DNA of 64,000 nucleotides from Theionarchaea archaeon (GTDB lineage Archaea; Methanobacteriota_B; Thermococci; Methanofastidiosales; SZ-28-30): NCBI GenBank assembly GCA_018992685.1, contig JACVGT010000003.1, positions 32,001 to 96,000 of the forward strand, read 5' to 3'. Shown piece by piece: positions 30,218 to 39,543 of this stretch (position 1 is its first letter; each line of letters starts with the position of its first letter). The notes under the pieces were generated by a model. It saw only the letters and a program-made list of their open reading frames with translations, ran no database searches and was not told where the DNA came from. The position numbers and the translations under genes were made by a program.

Positions 30218-30988
30218 ATGGCACGTGCACGGACTGGTGATTCCATCGCTGCAATGCTCCTGATCATGGGCATTTTCTTCTTGGAAATGGACTATCTACT
30301 GGCAGGCATAGCATTGTTGGGGGCGGCAGGGTGTTGGATCTACAAAACCCAAAAAGTATGGCTGCTGGCAATCTATATTACCGTGGTTGGATTGTTTCTT
30401 TTCTTAATTCTGAGCGGGATTACTGCCATAGGTGTAGAGATCCTCATGATTTTGGTTCCCATCATTTTCGCCTGGGATTCACTCTTGATCTACCGGACTG
30501 AAAGAAGGATGAAGAAAGTCATGAAAAACCTCAGGGCAAAAGACTTCGAGGTGGAGGTCATCCCCGGCACTGTACCTTCCTACTACCTGAAGGTGTACAG
30601 CTTGAAGTCCCCGTACTTGGTGAGGGTGATCTGTCGGGAGGACGTGGTGAAAGGCTTCTATGACACCAGAACAAACGTCTGGGTTGCCAGGGAATCTGAG
30701 TCCTTCCCGGTTTACACCTCTACGCCCGAGAAAATATGGAAAACAGTAGTGTCCACTCATCCCGACGGGACCATTCACAGAATAGAATGTAAAGATAGAT
30801 TTGAATTCCTGGTGGGAGTTGAGGTCTACAACGAAGCGGGAACCAGGACTGATTTGAGCTGGCGACTCCATAGAGATCTGTACGAAACCTGGGATACAGC
30901 CTCCCAAGAATGGAAGACACGTCGCCGTGGATGGCACCCTCCCGGGCTTTTCATGTACAAGGTCACAGCATTTCTGGGACTTTCATGA
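30218..30988 (+). CDS. hypothetical membrane protein
   Basis: N-terminal TM helices plus soluble domain; GGAGTAGGAGG before ATG. Confidence 0.6.
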   Translation: MARARTGDSIAAMLLIMGIFFLEMDYLLAGIALLGAAGCWIYKTQKVWLLAIYITVVGLFLFLILSGITAIGVEILMILVPIIFAWDSLLIYRTERRMKKVMKNLRAKDFEVEVIPGTVPSYYLKVYSLKSPYLVRVICREDVVKGFYDTRTNVWVARESESFPVYTSTPEKIWKTVVSTHPDGTIHRIECKDRFEFLVGVEVYNEAGTRTDLSWRLHRDLYETWDTASQEWKTRRRGWHPPGLFMYKVTAFLGLS

Positions 30989-30989
30989 T

Positions 30990-32153
30990 CTACTGCAGGT
31001 ACCTGAGATTTGAGGGGCACACCTGGCTTTCATATATTGTTCTGGGATTGATACTCTTGTACGCCTCCTGTACTATGTCTTCGCCAACAGTGTAATTGAA
31101 TATGTAAGGGCTGAACAGCGGATTGGTGATGAATTCCATCTGCTTTTCTGCACGTTTCTGCGTGGTCAGTCCCATTTGCACCAAGTATTCCACAGCTTCT
31201 TCAGGGGGGCAATCCTCCTGGTGAACCATGAGGGCTGCATTCCCACTGGACCGTGACAGTGTCTTGAAAGCTTCTGCAATTGCTGCTTCAGTCTCTACAT
31301 CGAGGTTAGCCTGAAATTTCGCGTTTAAGTACTCATAGACTTTCTTTCTGTCCTCGAAGATCAGGTTCAATCCTGCATTACCTACTCCTTCACTGATCAA
31401 GCATTCTGGGGTATTATACACAAAGATGGAAGCTTCCAGGAATCCCTTTTCATTGTAGAGGATTTTCTCTTTGATCACGTGATCCGTGTGATGGCCAGGA
31501 TACCCCTCGTGGAATATAAGAGAGGGAAGCCCTGCTATCTGTACGGGAATGTCTGTGTTGATTTCCACTCTGGACAGATAGGCTCCCAGATACCAGTTAT
31601 AGCCACTCCAGGGTTTGTCATGTACGAGGACAAAGTCAATGTGTTCGTTCTCAGGCAGCGGGTAGAGATCATAGGTTCTTTTTCTCCCCTCGGCACACAA
31701 TTCCTGGATCATGCTCTCCAGTCGTGATTCGGAGACCTCTCGGGAGGTCCGCCATTCATCAACAGCTTCATGGATTCTATCTGTCTTGAATATGTCTTTG
31801 AGTATCTGTATTTGTCTATCAAGGTGTGAATCGGGTGTCTTCTCAGGAGTGATGTCAAAGAACAGCTCAACTTTCCGGGTGTAGTCCATCTCTTCTCCCC
31901 GCAGCACGCTAATGGTGGTCTTGATACCAGTAATCTGCTTTTCTAGGTATATTCTGCGGGCTTTGTCTTCTGCAGGTACAGTGGCTTCCAGGTGCTCGGC
32001 CTGGGCCAAGAGTTGGTCCAAGGACTGCTTCTCTTCCTTCTCAGTCCTGGTTTTCAGCTCGGGGGGCCCGCAGTATGCATCAACAAATCCTTCAAAATGC
32101 TTTTCAACTCTCAGAGCCAGAGTGACGTAGTCTTCTCCCCACGTGGTGGTCAT
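30990..32153 (-). CDS. DUF885-like zinc metallopeptidase
   Basis: HEGYPGHH, SEGVG, FNYTVG. Confidence 0.75.
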   Translation of the reverse strand: MTTTWGEDYVTLALRVEKHFEGFVDAYCGPPELKTRTEKEEKQSLDQLLAQAEHLEATVPAEDKARRIYLEKQITGIKTTISVLRGEEMDYTRKVELFFDITPEKTPDSHLDRQIQILKDIFKTDRIHEAVDEWRTSREVSESRLESMIQELCAEGRKRTYDLYPLPENEHIDFVLVHDKPWSGYNWYLGAYLSRVEINTDIPVQIAGLPSLIFHEGYPGHHTDHVIKEKILYNEKGFLEASIFVYNTPECLISEGVGNAGLNLIFEDRKKVYEYLNAKFQANLDVETEAAIAEAFKTLSRSSGNAALMVHQEDCPPEEAVEYLVQMGLTTQKRAEKQMEFITNPLFSPYIFNYTVGEDIVQEAYKSINPRTIYESQVCPSNLRYLQ

Positions 32154-32256
32154 GGTACGACTTCCGGCACGTCCTTAAAAAGGTTGTACTTTGACCTCTC
32201 GAGAGAAAGCCCCACAAAAACCAAAACTCTTATAAGTCTGATGGAGAATAACCATC

Positions 32257-33570
32257 ATGAACAAGGTATGTGCTCTCATCCTGTTTCTGCTCATTCCTTA
32301 CCTGGCTGCATCTCAATTAGAGGTCACTTCCTTCACGTTCTCCCCACAGGAGCCTCAGCCGGGAGAACAGGTAATCCTTACAGTCCGATTGGCCAATAAG
32401 AGTTATGATCAGGATATTGAGGCAACCTGCAGACTGTTTGTCAATGATGAGTTATATGATGTGAAAGTGGTTCCGGTTGGTCACCGTTCTTCCTCAGGAG
32501 TTACTTTTGAGTGGATAGCTCACCCAGGAGAGCATCACTTTGCGCTTCATACATCCTACTACCAGGAACAGATAGAGTATTCTGATACCTTTCACCAGAA
32601 CCTCACCGTCCCGGGATCACAGGAAGAGTATGACTACTTTTCAGAAGCAGTTTCCCTGTATAACAGTGAGAAATACCTGCAGGCAAAGGTGGTCTTCGAC
32701 CAGGCACGGAAAGCATTTGAAGATAAGAATGATACAGATAATGCTGTGTTGTGCGAGGAGTACATTCTGAAATGTGAGCAGTATATTGAAGCGAATCAGT
32801 GGTACACTCAGGCAGAGGAAGCATACTACCAAGAAGATTATGTCAATGCGCCAGTATACTACCAGCGGGCAATGTCATTTTATGCTCTGCTGGGCGACGG
32901 AAGGGCTGCTGAATGCCAGGCACGCCTTGATGAAATAGAGGAAATTCAGAAAAAGGCCAAGGGAGAGGGATATCTCTCATATGCATTTCTGCTGTTGCCT
33001 GCAGGTGCTCTGGTGGTGGCAGTGTGGTGGCTGAGGAAAAAGAAGGGGAGTCCTGAATTGCCTGATTATGTGCCGGAAAAGAAGCTGGAAAAACGCCAGC
33101 AGAGAAGGCAGGAGAAGCCCTTGTTCAAAGATGCAGTCGAGCCCGGCATTGTCAGGACCCTTGATGCCATTGAATCACAACTGGATACGCAGAGCCCTGA
33201 TACCTTCAAGTCTTTGGTGCGAGAATTCAAAAAACAGGAACAGAAGTTCGTTCAAGAAGAGCATGGGCCGGAAGAGGCCCAGCAGATTGAGCAGAATATG
33301 GAAACCCTCAAAGACAAGATCAAGGAAAGAGGGAAGAGGCTCCAGGACATTCAAAGATTGAAGGACCTCTCCAGTTCGTGTGATGCGCTCCTCAGTGGAC
33401 CAGTAGGCAATCTTGTGGACGCATACAACCAGTACGCACGGCTGCAGAATGAACTGGACAAGATTTCCGGTACAGAGTCCCCAGAAGAGGAAGAAGTAAA
33501 AGAAAAACTGAAAGAATACTACAACTTCATTCAGGAGAAAGCAAAGTCTGAGCAATCTGAGTCGCTGTAG
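32257..33570 (+). CDS. single-pass membrane protein: CARDB/Ig + TPR-like ectodomain, helical cytoplasmic domain
   Basis: FSPQEPQPGEQV..TV...N; repeated AxxYY/F helices; TM followed by RKKK. Confidence 0.7.
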   Translation: MNKVCALILFLLIPYLAASQLEVTSFTFSPQEPQPGEQVILTVRLANKSYDQDIEATCRLFVNDELYDVKVVPVGHRSSSGVTFEWIAHPGEHHFALHTSYYQEQIEYSDTFHQNLTVPGSQEEYDYFSEAVSLYNSEKYLQAKVVFDQARKAFEDKNDTDNAVLCEEYILKCEQYIEANQWYTQAEEAYYQEDYVNAPVYYQRAMSFYALLGDGRAAECQARLDEIEEIQKKAKGEGYLSYAFLLLPAGALVVAVWWLRKKKGSPELPDYVPEKKLEKRQQRRQEKPLFKDAVEPGIVRTLDAIESQLDTQSPDTFKSLVREFKKQEQKFVQEEHGPEEAQQIEQNMETLKDKIKERGKRLQDIQRLKDLSSSCDALLSGPVGNLVDAYNQYARLQNELDKISGTESPEEEEVKEKLKEYYNFIQEKAKSEQSESL

Positions 33571-33952
33571 CTATGAAGGACTTGCACGTTTCGTGCATGG
33601 TTTTCTCTCGGTAGTGCTGTTTTCCCTGTTCTGTGGTGACGTCTTCACCTAAGAGCTCGCAGCACACGATGGTTCCATGCACTTTTGTGAATTCGTTCAA
33701 GAATTCTTTGACCAGGGTTTCTACATGGGTTTTGGATGGGATATCCTCTGGAGTTTTCCGGCCATATACCACTCCAATGCCCATGAGAGCACCGGTCACT
33801 GCTCCACATACACTACCCATCTTCATTCCAGACCCAAATCCCTCACCAATGGCAGGGATACAGGAGCACGTCTTTCCTGCGCTCTCAGATAGGACCAGGA
33901 GCACGGATTGAGTGCAGTTAAATCCTGAATCGAAATACTCTGTCGCTTTCAT
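33527..33952 (-). CDS. C_GCAxxG_C_C family putative redox protein
   Basis: GFNCTQSV, VCGAVTGA, IVCCELL, C. Confidence 0.88.
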   Translation of the reverse strand: MKATEYFDSGFNCTQSVLLVLSESAGKTCSCIPAIGEGFGSGMKMGSVCGAVTGALMGIGVVYGRKTPEDIPSKTHVETLVKEFLNEFTKVHGTIVCCELLGEDVTTEQGKQHYREKTMHETCKSFIATATQIAQTLLSPE

Positions 33953-34722
33953 GGGTACACCTTCAGATCTTCAATGGAGACCACAATGGAGGACCCTGTC
34001 ACAGTGTGATGAACCGAGACAAGCCCACCACAGGTTCCTCCGTGCGGGAGAAGAGTGTCTCGCTGCCACCTGCCTGCATTCTCGCCATCATACAGCAGAT
34101 CATCCTTGAGGTACAGCCAGTTTGTCTCACAGTTCTGAGACCCGGAAAAGACGAATAGGGTGGCTGTCTTTGAAATGAAAATGAACAGACGGCGGTTTTC
34201 ATAATCCAGATAGTACAACGTTTCGGGGAGGAAAGCACTGGTGGGGATGAGTATGTCTGTGTCCTGTATCAGGTATTCGACTTTATGCATACCCACAATA
34301 GTCTCATCTGTGATCTGCTGGTAGATGCGGGTCAGAGAATCGGATTCTTGAAAGTGCACGTACACCTCAGAGCCCATGTGGACGTAAATGGCGGGATAGT
34401 AGGAGAAATGGAACGTGTCAAAGATTGCCAGGTTTTCTTGCCTGCTGACCCAGATGATATCGAGATGGTATGTCTCATAGAGTTCTTCCACAAGGGGCTT
34501 TACCGTCTCGCAGGTTGAGCAGGTAGGACTGTACAAATACAGTACCACAGGAGAGAATTGATCCATCAATTCCAGGATCTGTGCATCAGTGAGGTCTTTG
34601 TACACGCGAGGCCCACTGGATGGTTGGGGTGTTGACGATGGCGTACTTGATTCAGATGGCCCAGGAGTCTGTCCAATACAGCCTGCAGCCAGCAGCAGGA
34701 GAATGATCCATCCACGCTTCAT
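33949..34722 (-). CDS. thioredoxin-fold lipoprotein with C-terminal DUF2318/Rieske-like domain
   Basis: AAGCIGQ lipobox; CSTC; YYP cis-Pro. Confidence 0.65.
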   Translation of the reverse strand: MKRGWIILLLLAAGCIGQTPGPSESSTPSSTPQPSSGPRVYKDLTDAQILELMDQFSPVVLYLYSPTCSTCETVKPLVEELYETYHLDIIWVSRQENLAIFDTFHFSYYPAIYVHMGSEVYVHFQESDSLTRIYQQITDETIVGMHKVEYLIQDTDILIPTSAFLPETLYYLDYENRRLFIFISKTATLFVFSGSQNCETNWLYLKDDLLYDGENAGRWQRDTLLPHGGTCGGLVSVHHTVTGSSIVVSIEDLKVYP

Positions 34723-34822
34723 ATGTAGAACCATCACCTCCACATTTAAAAAGGTGTGGATTTCCCGGTTCACGGAACTGCGCACCACAGGTCCTTACCT
34801 ACCTGGCAGGCGCGGAGGAGAG

Positions 34823-35620
34823 TTACTCTCCATACCTCCTTCTTCTCTTCTGAAATTCCCGGATGATTCTGAGAAAGTCCACTTTTCTGAAGGCAGGGAA
34901 GTATATGTCACAGAAGAATAGTTCTGAGTATGCAGCCTGAAACAGGAGAAAATTGCTCAGCCTGACTTCTCCCCCTGTTCTGATAATCAGGTCAGGATCA
35001 GGTCCTGCTCTGTACAAGTGTTCCTTTATGACTTTTTCTGTAATATCGTTCACCCTGAATCCGCCCTCAGTTATCTTCTTCGCCACCTTCTTGAAAGCCT
35101 CAATAATTTCCAGCCGGCCCCCATAGGCGATGCACACGTTAAAGAACTGGTTATCATAGTTCTGGGTTGCTTCTTCTGCAGTTTGGATGGCTTTTCTGAC
35201 TTTTTCAGGAAGAAGGCTCAGATTGCCCAGGGCCCGTATGCGGATTCTGTTCCGGTGTATCCTCTCATCCTCGGCAATTTCGTAAAATTTTTTTTCAAAA
35301 AGGTCCATCAAATGGTTAACTTCCTTCTTGGATCGGTTGAAGTTCTCTGTAGAAAAAGCATACACGGTGATTTCTTTGATCCGCAGCTCACTGCACCAAT
35401 CCAGAATCTCTTCGATCTTATAGGCCCCTTGCTGATGTCCCTTCAGGGTCAATACTCCAATTTCCCTGGCGAACCGCCTGTTTCCATCCATAATGATGCC
35501 AATGTGTTTCGGGATGGTCCCCTTGTGAATTTCATCAATGAGATGCGCTTCATATATGTAATACACAGGGCGCATAAGGAATGAAGGAATGTGTGAATAA
35601 AGGAAAGATTTCAAATGCAT
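34823..35620 (-). CDS. uppS: cis-prenyltransferase (polyprenyl diphosphate synthase)
   Basis: HIGIIMDGNRR, FSTENFNR, DLIIRTGGEVRLSNFLL. Confidence 0.95.
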   Translation of the reverse strand: MHLKSFLYSHIPSFLMRPVYYIYEAHLIDEIHKGTIPKHIGIIMDGNRRFAREIGVLTLKGHQQGAYKIEEILDWCSELRIKEITVYAFSTENFNRSKKEVNHLMDLFEKKFYEIAEDERIHRNRIRIRALGNLSLLPEKVRKAIQTAEEATQNYDNQFFNVCIAYGGRLEIIEAFKKVAKKITEGGFRVNDITEKVIKEHLYRAGPDPDLIIRTGGEVRLSNFLLFQAAYSELFFCDIYFPAFRKVDFLRIIREFQKRRRRYGE

Positions 35621-35722
35621 GCTGAAACGTTACCTATTCCTTTTTTATATAGTTTATCATGGAACGCTGTATTTAGTGAAAGTTCACTACACATTTCTGT
35701 GTAATCAGACACCTGCAGGAAT

Positions 35723-36277
35723 TCATCTGTCCGCGACTCCGGAACCCCAGGGGGCATCACACGTATCTCTGAATGCAATATCAGAAACAGGTTTTCGGTC
35801 TTTTGGCTTGGGGTCTTCAGCCGGGTACCCTGCGGTCACCAGTGCTACAACCACTGCTTTCTTGGGAAGGTTCAGTGTTTTCTTGACTCTCTCTTCTGAG
35901 AACCAGCCAATCCAGCATGTCCCAAGCCCTCGTGCATGTGCTGCAAGCAGCAGATATGTCACTGCATTGGACACATCGGAGACCTGCCACTTCTTCAGGA
36001 CGATGGAGGGAGTATACCATGCAACAAAAACCACAGGAGCTTCTCCGATTTGCTTGCTGAAAGGAATGATAGCATCGCGCAATCCGCCTCTCAGGCTCGC
36101 TTTCTTTTTCTGGTCTCTTACCACTACAAATCGCCAGGGTTGATTATTGCTGGAAGAAGGTGCCCATCTGACTGTTTCCAGGAGTTCTTCAATGAGCCTG
36201 TCTGGTACAGGCTTGTCCAGATACGACCGGATACTTCTCCTTGTCTTCAGTCCTTCAATGAGGGTTATGTCCTTCAT
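35723..36277 (-). CDS. nitroreductase family protein
   Basis: RRSIRSY, APSSSNNQPWRF, GLGTCWIG. Confidence 0.92.
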   Translation of the reverse strand: MKDITLIEGLKTRRSIRSYLDKPVPDRLIEELLETVRWAPSSSNNQPWRFVVVRDQKKKASLRGGLRDAIIPFSKQIGEAPVVFVAWYTPSIVLKKWQVSDVSNAVTYLLLAAHARGLGTCWIGWFSEERVKKTLNLPKKAVVVALVTAGYPAEDPKPKDRKPVSDIAFRDTCDAPWGSGVADR

Positions 36278-36282
36278 TTGAA

Positions 36283-37083
36283 TCACCACGTTCTATTTGA
36301 ACGGTGGTAGTGAAATAGATAGTGGTTGGCATATCCTGCATAGGGGCCGAAGTACTGCCTGCCAAAGGTCCCTGCATCCACCGAAGGACTGTACAGCTGC
36401 GTGATGCATGCCTTGATATGAGTGTCACAGGGAAATGCTTCCAGATTGTCCAAGGAAAACAGGAGAACACAGTCTGCCACTTTCTGGCCCACGCCTGGAA
36501 GCTGAAGCAGCGCCTTCTTGGCCTCCTGGTACGGCATCGTTCTCAGATCATGAAGGGCGAATCCATCAGCTACCGCCTGCGCTGTCTTCTGCACGTACAC
36601 GTCTCTGTAGCCCAGCCCGCATGTCCGGAGTACATCAAGAGGTGCATCAGCCAGAGCCTCAGGTGATGGAAACTCATATCCTCTATGGGAGGGCAGAGGC
36701 CTGCCAAACGTCCTGCACAGTGTCTCAACAATCTGCCTGATACGGGGAACGTTGTTAAAGGATGAGCAGATAAAGGAAATGAGACACTCCCACGGGTCCT
36801 GACGGATCAGACGGAGCCCATACAATGCGGTTATTGCCTTGTGCATGTGACGATCTTTGTCAATAGCAGAAATGATGAGGTCCAGGTCATCATCCAGTCT
36901 GAAGTACCATGTCAGGAAATTTTCATCGCAGGTACAGTGGGTACCTTCATTTTCAAAGAGGCGAATGAATTCTCCTCTGACAATCCCCTCCCAGGTTCCA
37001 TTGAGGTTCTGCCACCTGAACACCTGCCCGGAATTCAGCGTGTGATGAAGGTTCAGTGGCTGGGAAAGATGGACAGTGTGCAT
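36283..37083 (-). CDS. 8-oxoguanine DNA glycosylase (Ogg1/AlkA HhH-GPD)
   Basis: SGQVFRW, QDPWECLISFICS..NN, LPGVGQKVADCVLLF, D.H. Confidence 0.9.
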   Translation of the reverse strand: MHTVHLSQPLNLHHTLNSGQVFRWQNLNGTWEGIVRGEFIRLFENEGTHCTCDENFLTWYFRLDDDLDLIISAIDKDRHMHKAITALYGLRLIRQDPWECLISFICSSFNNVPRIRQIVETLCRTFGRPLPSHRGYEFPSPEALADAPLDVLRTCGLGYRDVYVQKTAQAVADGFALHDLRTMPYQEAKKALLQLPGVGQKVADCVLLFSLDNLEAFPCDTHIKACITQLYSPSVDAGTFGRQYFGPYAGYANHYLFHYHRSNRTW

Positions 37084-37137
37084 TGCGCCTGGTAGTGACC
37101 TGAACTTTTAAGCATTTCACCCATCCTTCCGGCCGGT

Positions 37138-38706
37138 CTATCTGTTCCGGGGGTTCTTCCTCACGAGATCATAGACGATCACGGCACATGCAGCCAATAG
37201 AATTCCATACACCAGCTCAGTTCTGAGGACAGCACGGGGAATAACTCCTGTCTTTTTCGTCGGAGCCCTGTACAGTTCCCATTTTTCAGTCTCTCCGATC
37301 TTTATGAGCTGGGAAGGTGCCTGTCTGCCCCGTGGCAAGACAAAAACAGACGCAGATTTTGGATCTGGCTCGTAATCAGATGAAACCTCCTGCCACATTC
37401 CCAGAGTCTGAGGTCTACCTGTGGCAGCAGTGACCAGGCATCCCATCATTCCGCTGGGAATAAAGACAATCTCGTCTTCCCGAGAGTTCTTCTCGATAAT
37501 CTGTACCATTGCCAGGTTTTCCGGATTCAGATAGGAATCTGAGGGCAATTTAAGGAGTATGAGGAACAGTGACGGAATTCTGAGAGTGATACGTGATTGC
37601 GGTCTCTGATCTACTGGGGGCCGTCCTTCCTGGATTGAGAGGCGAGGTGCACTCTCCCCTCTCGGGATTCCGGAGTCGACAGTTCCTGCACCTCCTATCC
37701 CTCTATTCAGGTCTCTTCCTCCCATCATGCCTACAGTTGGTGCAACCAGAGTTAGCACCAGTAATGAAGCCACCACAAGGAAACTCCTCTTTCCCGGTGA
37801 AACCAACCCCTCAAGGTGGGACAGAAAAATCCCGGAAAGCATGGAAAGAGGAAGCAGTGCGTGGCCAGTGAATCGTCCCGCATACGACATGGCTATGGGT
37901 GCCATGCATACCAGAATACACACAGGAATCAGGAACTCACCTCTCTTCTTTATGCATATGACACTTCCCAGCACTCCCAACAACCAGGGAGCGACGAGTA
38001 CCAGCACTCTGGAACTGGGAGAATTCGCAGATAGACTGCTCAGATTTGTCACAATGTGGAGGAGCCACGGTATATAGAGAATTAGAGAACCTCCTGCGAC
38101 CTTGATACCAGCGAGAGCCTTCTTACTCACTACACTGTACAACAGGAGGGCACAGACCACAATGGGCGCCATGCTGATGTGCGTATACAGACAGCCAGCC
38201 AGGACCACCACTGCTGCAAGGTATTTCCCTCTGTCAAACCAGTAGAACAAGAGAGGCACAGCCACGAGAACCAGGCCAGCAGCCGATGTGACAGACTGCA
38301 GATTGAAATATTCATAACAGGACGACAAGACCAGCACAGAATAAAAAGCGGTTCGAGGGGAGTAGATTTCTCTGGAAAACCACCACAGCGTCCCCAGAGA
38401 TGCAGGAAACATTATGAAACTGGTAATTCGAGAAACAGTTGCAATATTCGAAACTTCTGAGAAAAGCATCATGATGACATGGAGCAGCGGGGGGTATAGA
38501 TGGGGCCTTCCCAGGGGGGCAAACTCCCAGAAATCCCACAGAACGATTCCCCCAGCTTTCTCGAAAGAGACTGCAACTGAGGCATGGTAGTAGATGTCAA
38601 CAAAAACTGGATACAGATCCCATCGCGCAACAAGCAGCACACAGATGGCTCCTATTATACCTGCAGACAGCAGGTCATAGATGCGAGAGTCCTTGGCAGC
38701 TGTCAC
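37138..38706 (-). CDS. polytopic membrane protein, GT-C-like
   Basis: DIYYH...GRPHLYPPLLH loop and many TMs. Confidence 0.6.
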   Translation of the reverse strand: MTAAKDSRIYDLLSAGIIGAICVLLVARWDLYPVFVDIYYHASVAVSFEKAGGIVLWDFWEFAPLGRPHLYPPLLHVIMMLFSEVSNIATVSRITSFIMFPASLGTLWWFSREIYSPRTAFYSVLVLSSCYEYFNLQSVTSAAGLVLVAVPLLFYWFDRGKYLAAVVVLAGCLYTHISMAPIVVCALLLYSVVSKKALAGIKVAGGSLILYIPWLLHIVTNLSSLSANSPSSRVLVLVAPWLLGVLGSVICIKKRGEFLIPVCILVCMAPIAMSYAGRFTGHALLPLSMLSGIFLSHLEGLVSPGKRSFLVVASLLVLTLVAPTVGMMGGRDLNRGIGGAGTVDSGIPRGESAPRLSIQEGRPPVDQRPQSRITLRIPSLFLILLKLPSDSYLNPENLAMVQIIEKNSREDEIVFIPSGMMGCLVTAATGRPQTLGMWQEVSSDYEPDPKSASVFVLPRGRQAPSQLIKIGETEKWELYRAPTKKTGVIPRAVLRTELVYGILLAACAVIVYDLVRKNPRNR

Positions 38707-38990
38707 CTTCCCCTTCTGGACATCTCTATTAATAAATGTTCAGGTTGCTCTGGGCTCTCGCTATTCTTCACGACCTCAAATCGCGATTCAGTGGCAATCA
38801 ATCCTGAAAGCTCCTCCATCTTTGTGAGCCGCCCATCTTCTCCCATTCTCACGCCACTGAGTCTGTTTCTCAGGGCAATCTCACAGTATGCCCACACCAT
38901 CTTCCACGAACCCTCAAACATCCCTTCTTCTCCCTCTAACTAGCATAAATAACCGAAAGCTTTATATAGTGTTGTTAATCAATATTACAT

Positions 38991-39091
38991 AGCAATCTTC
39001 GGAGGTGTTACCAGGATTGCGACTCTGATTTCCAGGGGTTGGGGTTTCTCCTAACACGAGAAAAGGGTCCCAGGAAGCCCCAACCTTTTTT
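38991..39091 (+). ncRNA. candidate structured RNA with loop-loop pairing and terminator-like hairpin
   Basis: BRE-TATA CCGAAAGCTTTATATA at 38953-38968; stems described in findings; ends in T6. Confidence 0.45.
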
Positions 39092-39129
39092 GAAAAAAGT
39101 ATTTAAGTTATAAGAGAGGAGAGAAACAG

Positions 39130-39543
39130 ATGAAATATATCTGGTTGGTAGCAGTATTCATCGGGATTGCAGGTATTTTCCTGGGATTCCAGCGCTATCA
39201 AGTAGACCACACAGAAGCTTTTGGAATGTATCCGTGTTTTCTGTGTGCAGCAGTGGATCCCGAGATGGACGTGATGGTATTTTCTGCTGTAGAATGCCCA
39301 TCATGCGATCTTGCAGTGGAACGGGTATTGCGGTTCTGCAGGCTGACGGGAATTCAGTACCGGGGTGCTTACTATGACGACTCACAGGAGACAGGTGCAG
39401 TCCTGCAGGAGCTGGGATTGGAGAAGAGAACAGATTTTCTGGTGGTAGTCTTTCACAGGGGAGTCATTATAGGAACCAGTACCAGTGCTGGTGCAGTAGA
39501 GGAGTACCTCTCTGACATAGCAAAGGAGGTGGCCCGGCTGTGA
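39130..39543 (+). CDS. membrane-anchored thioredoxin-like protein
   Basis: N-terminal TM; CFLC and CPSC motifs. Confidence 0.65.
   Translation: MKYIWLVAVFIGIAGIFLGFQRYQVDHTEAFGMYPCFLCAAVDPEMDVMVFSAVECPSCDLAVERVLRFCRLTGIQYRGAYYDDSQETGAVLQELGLEKRTDFLVVVFHRGVIIGTSTSAGAVEEYLSDIAKEVARL

Noticed and set aside
38703-38921. 72-aa minus-strand ORF
   Set aside because: Contains the likely promoter of the next gene and has no recognisable motif
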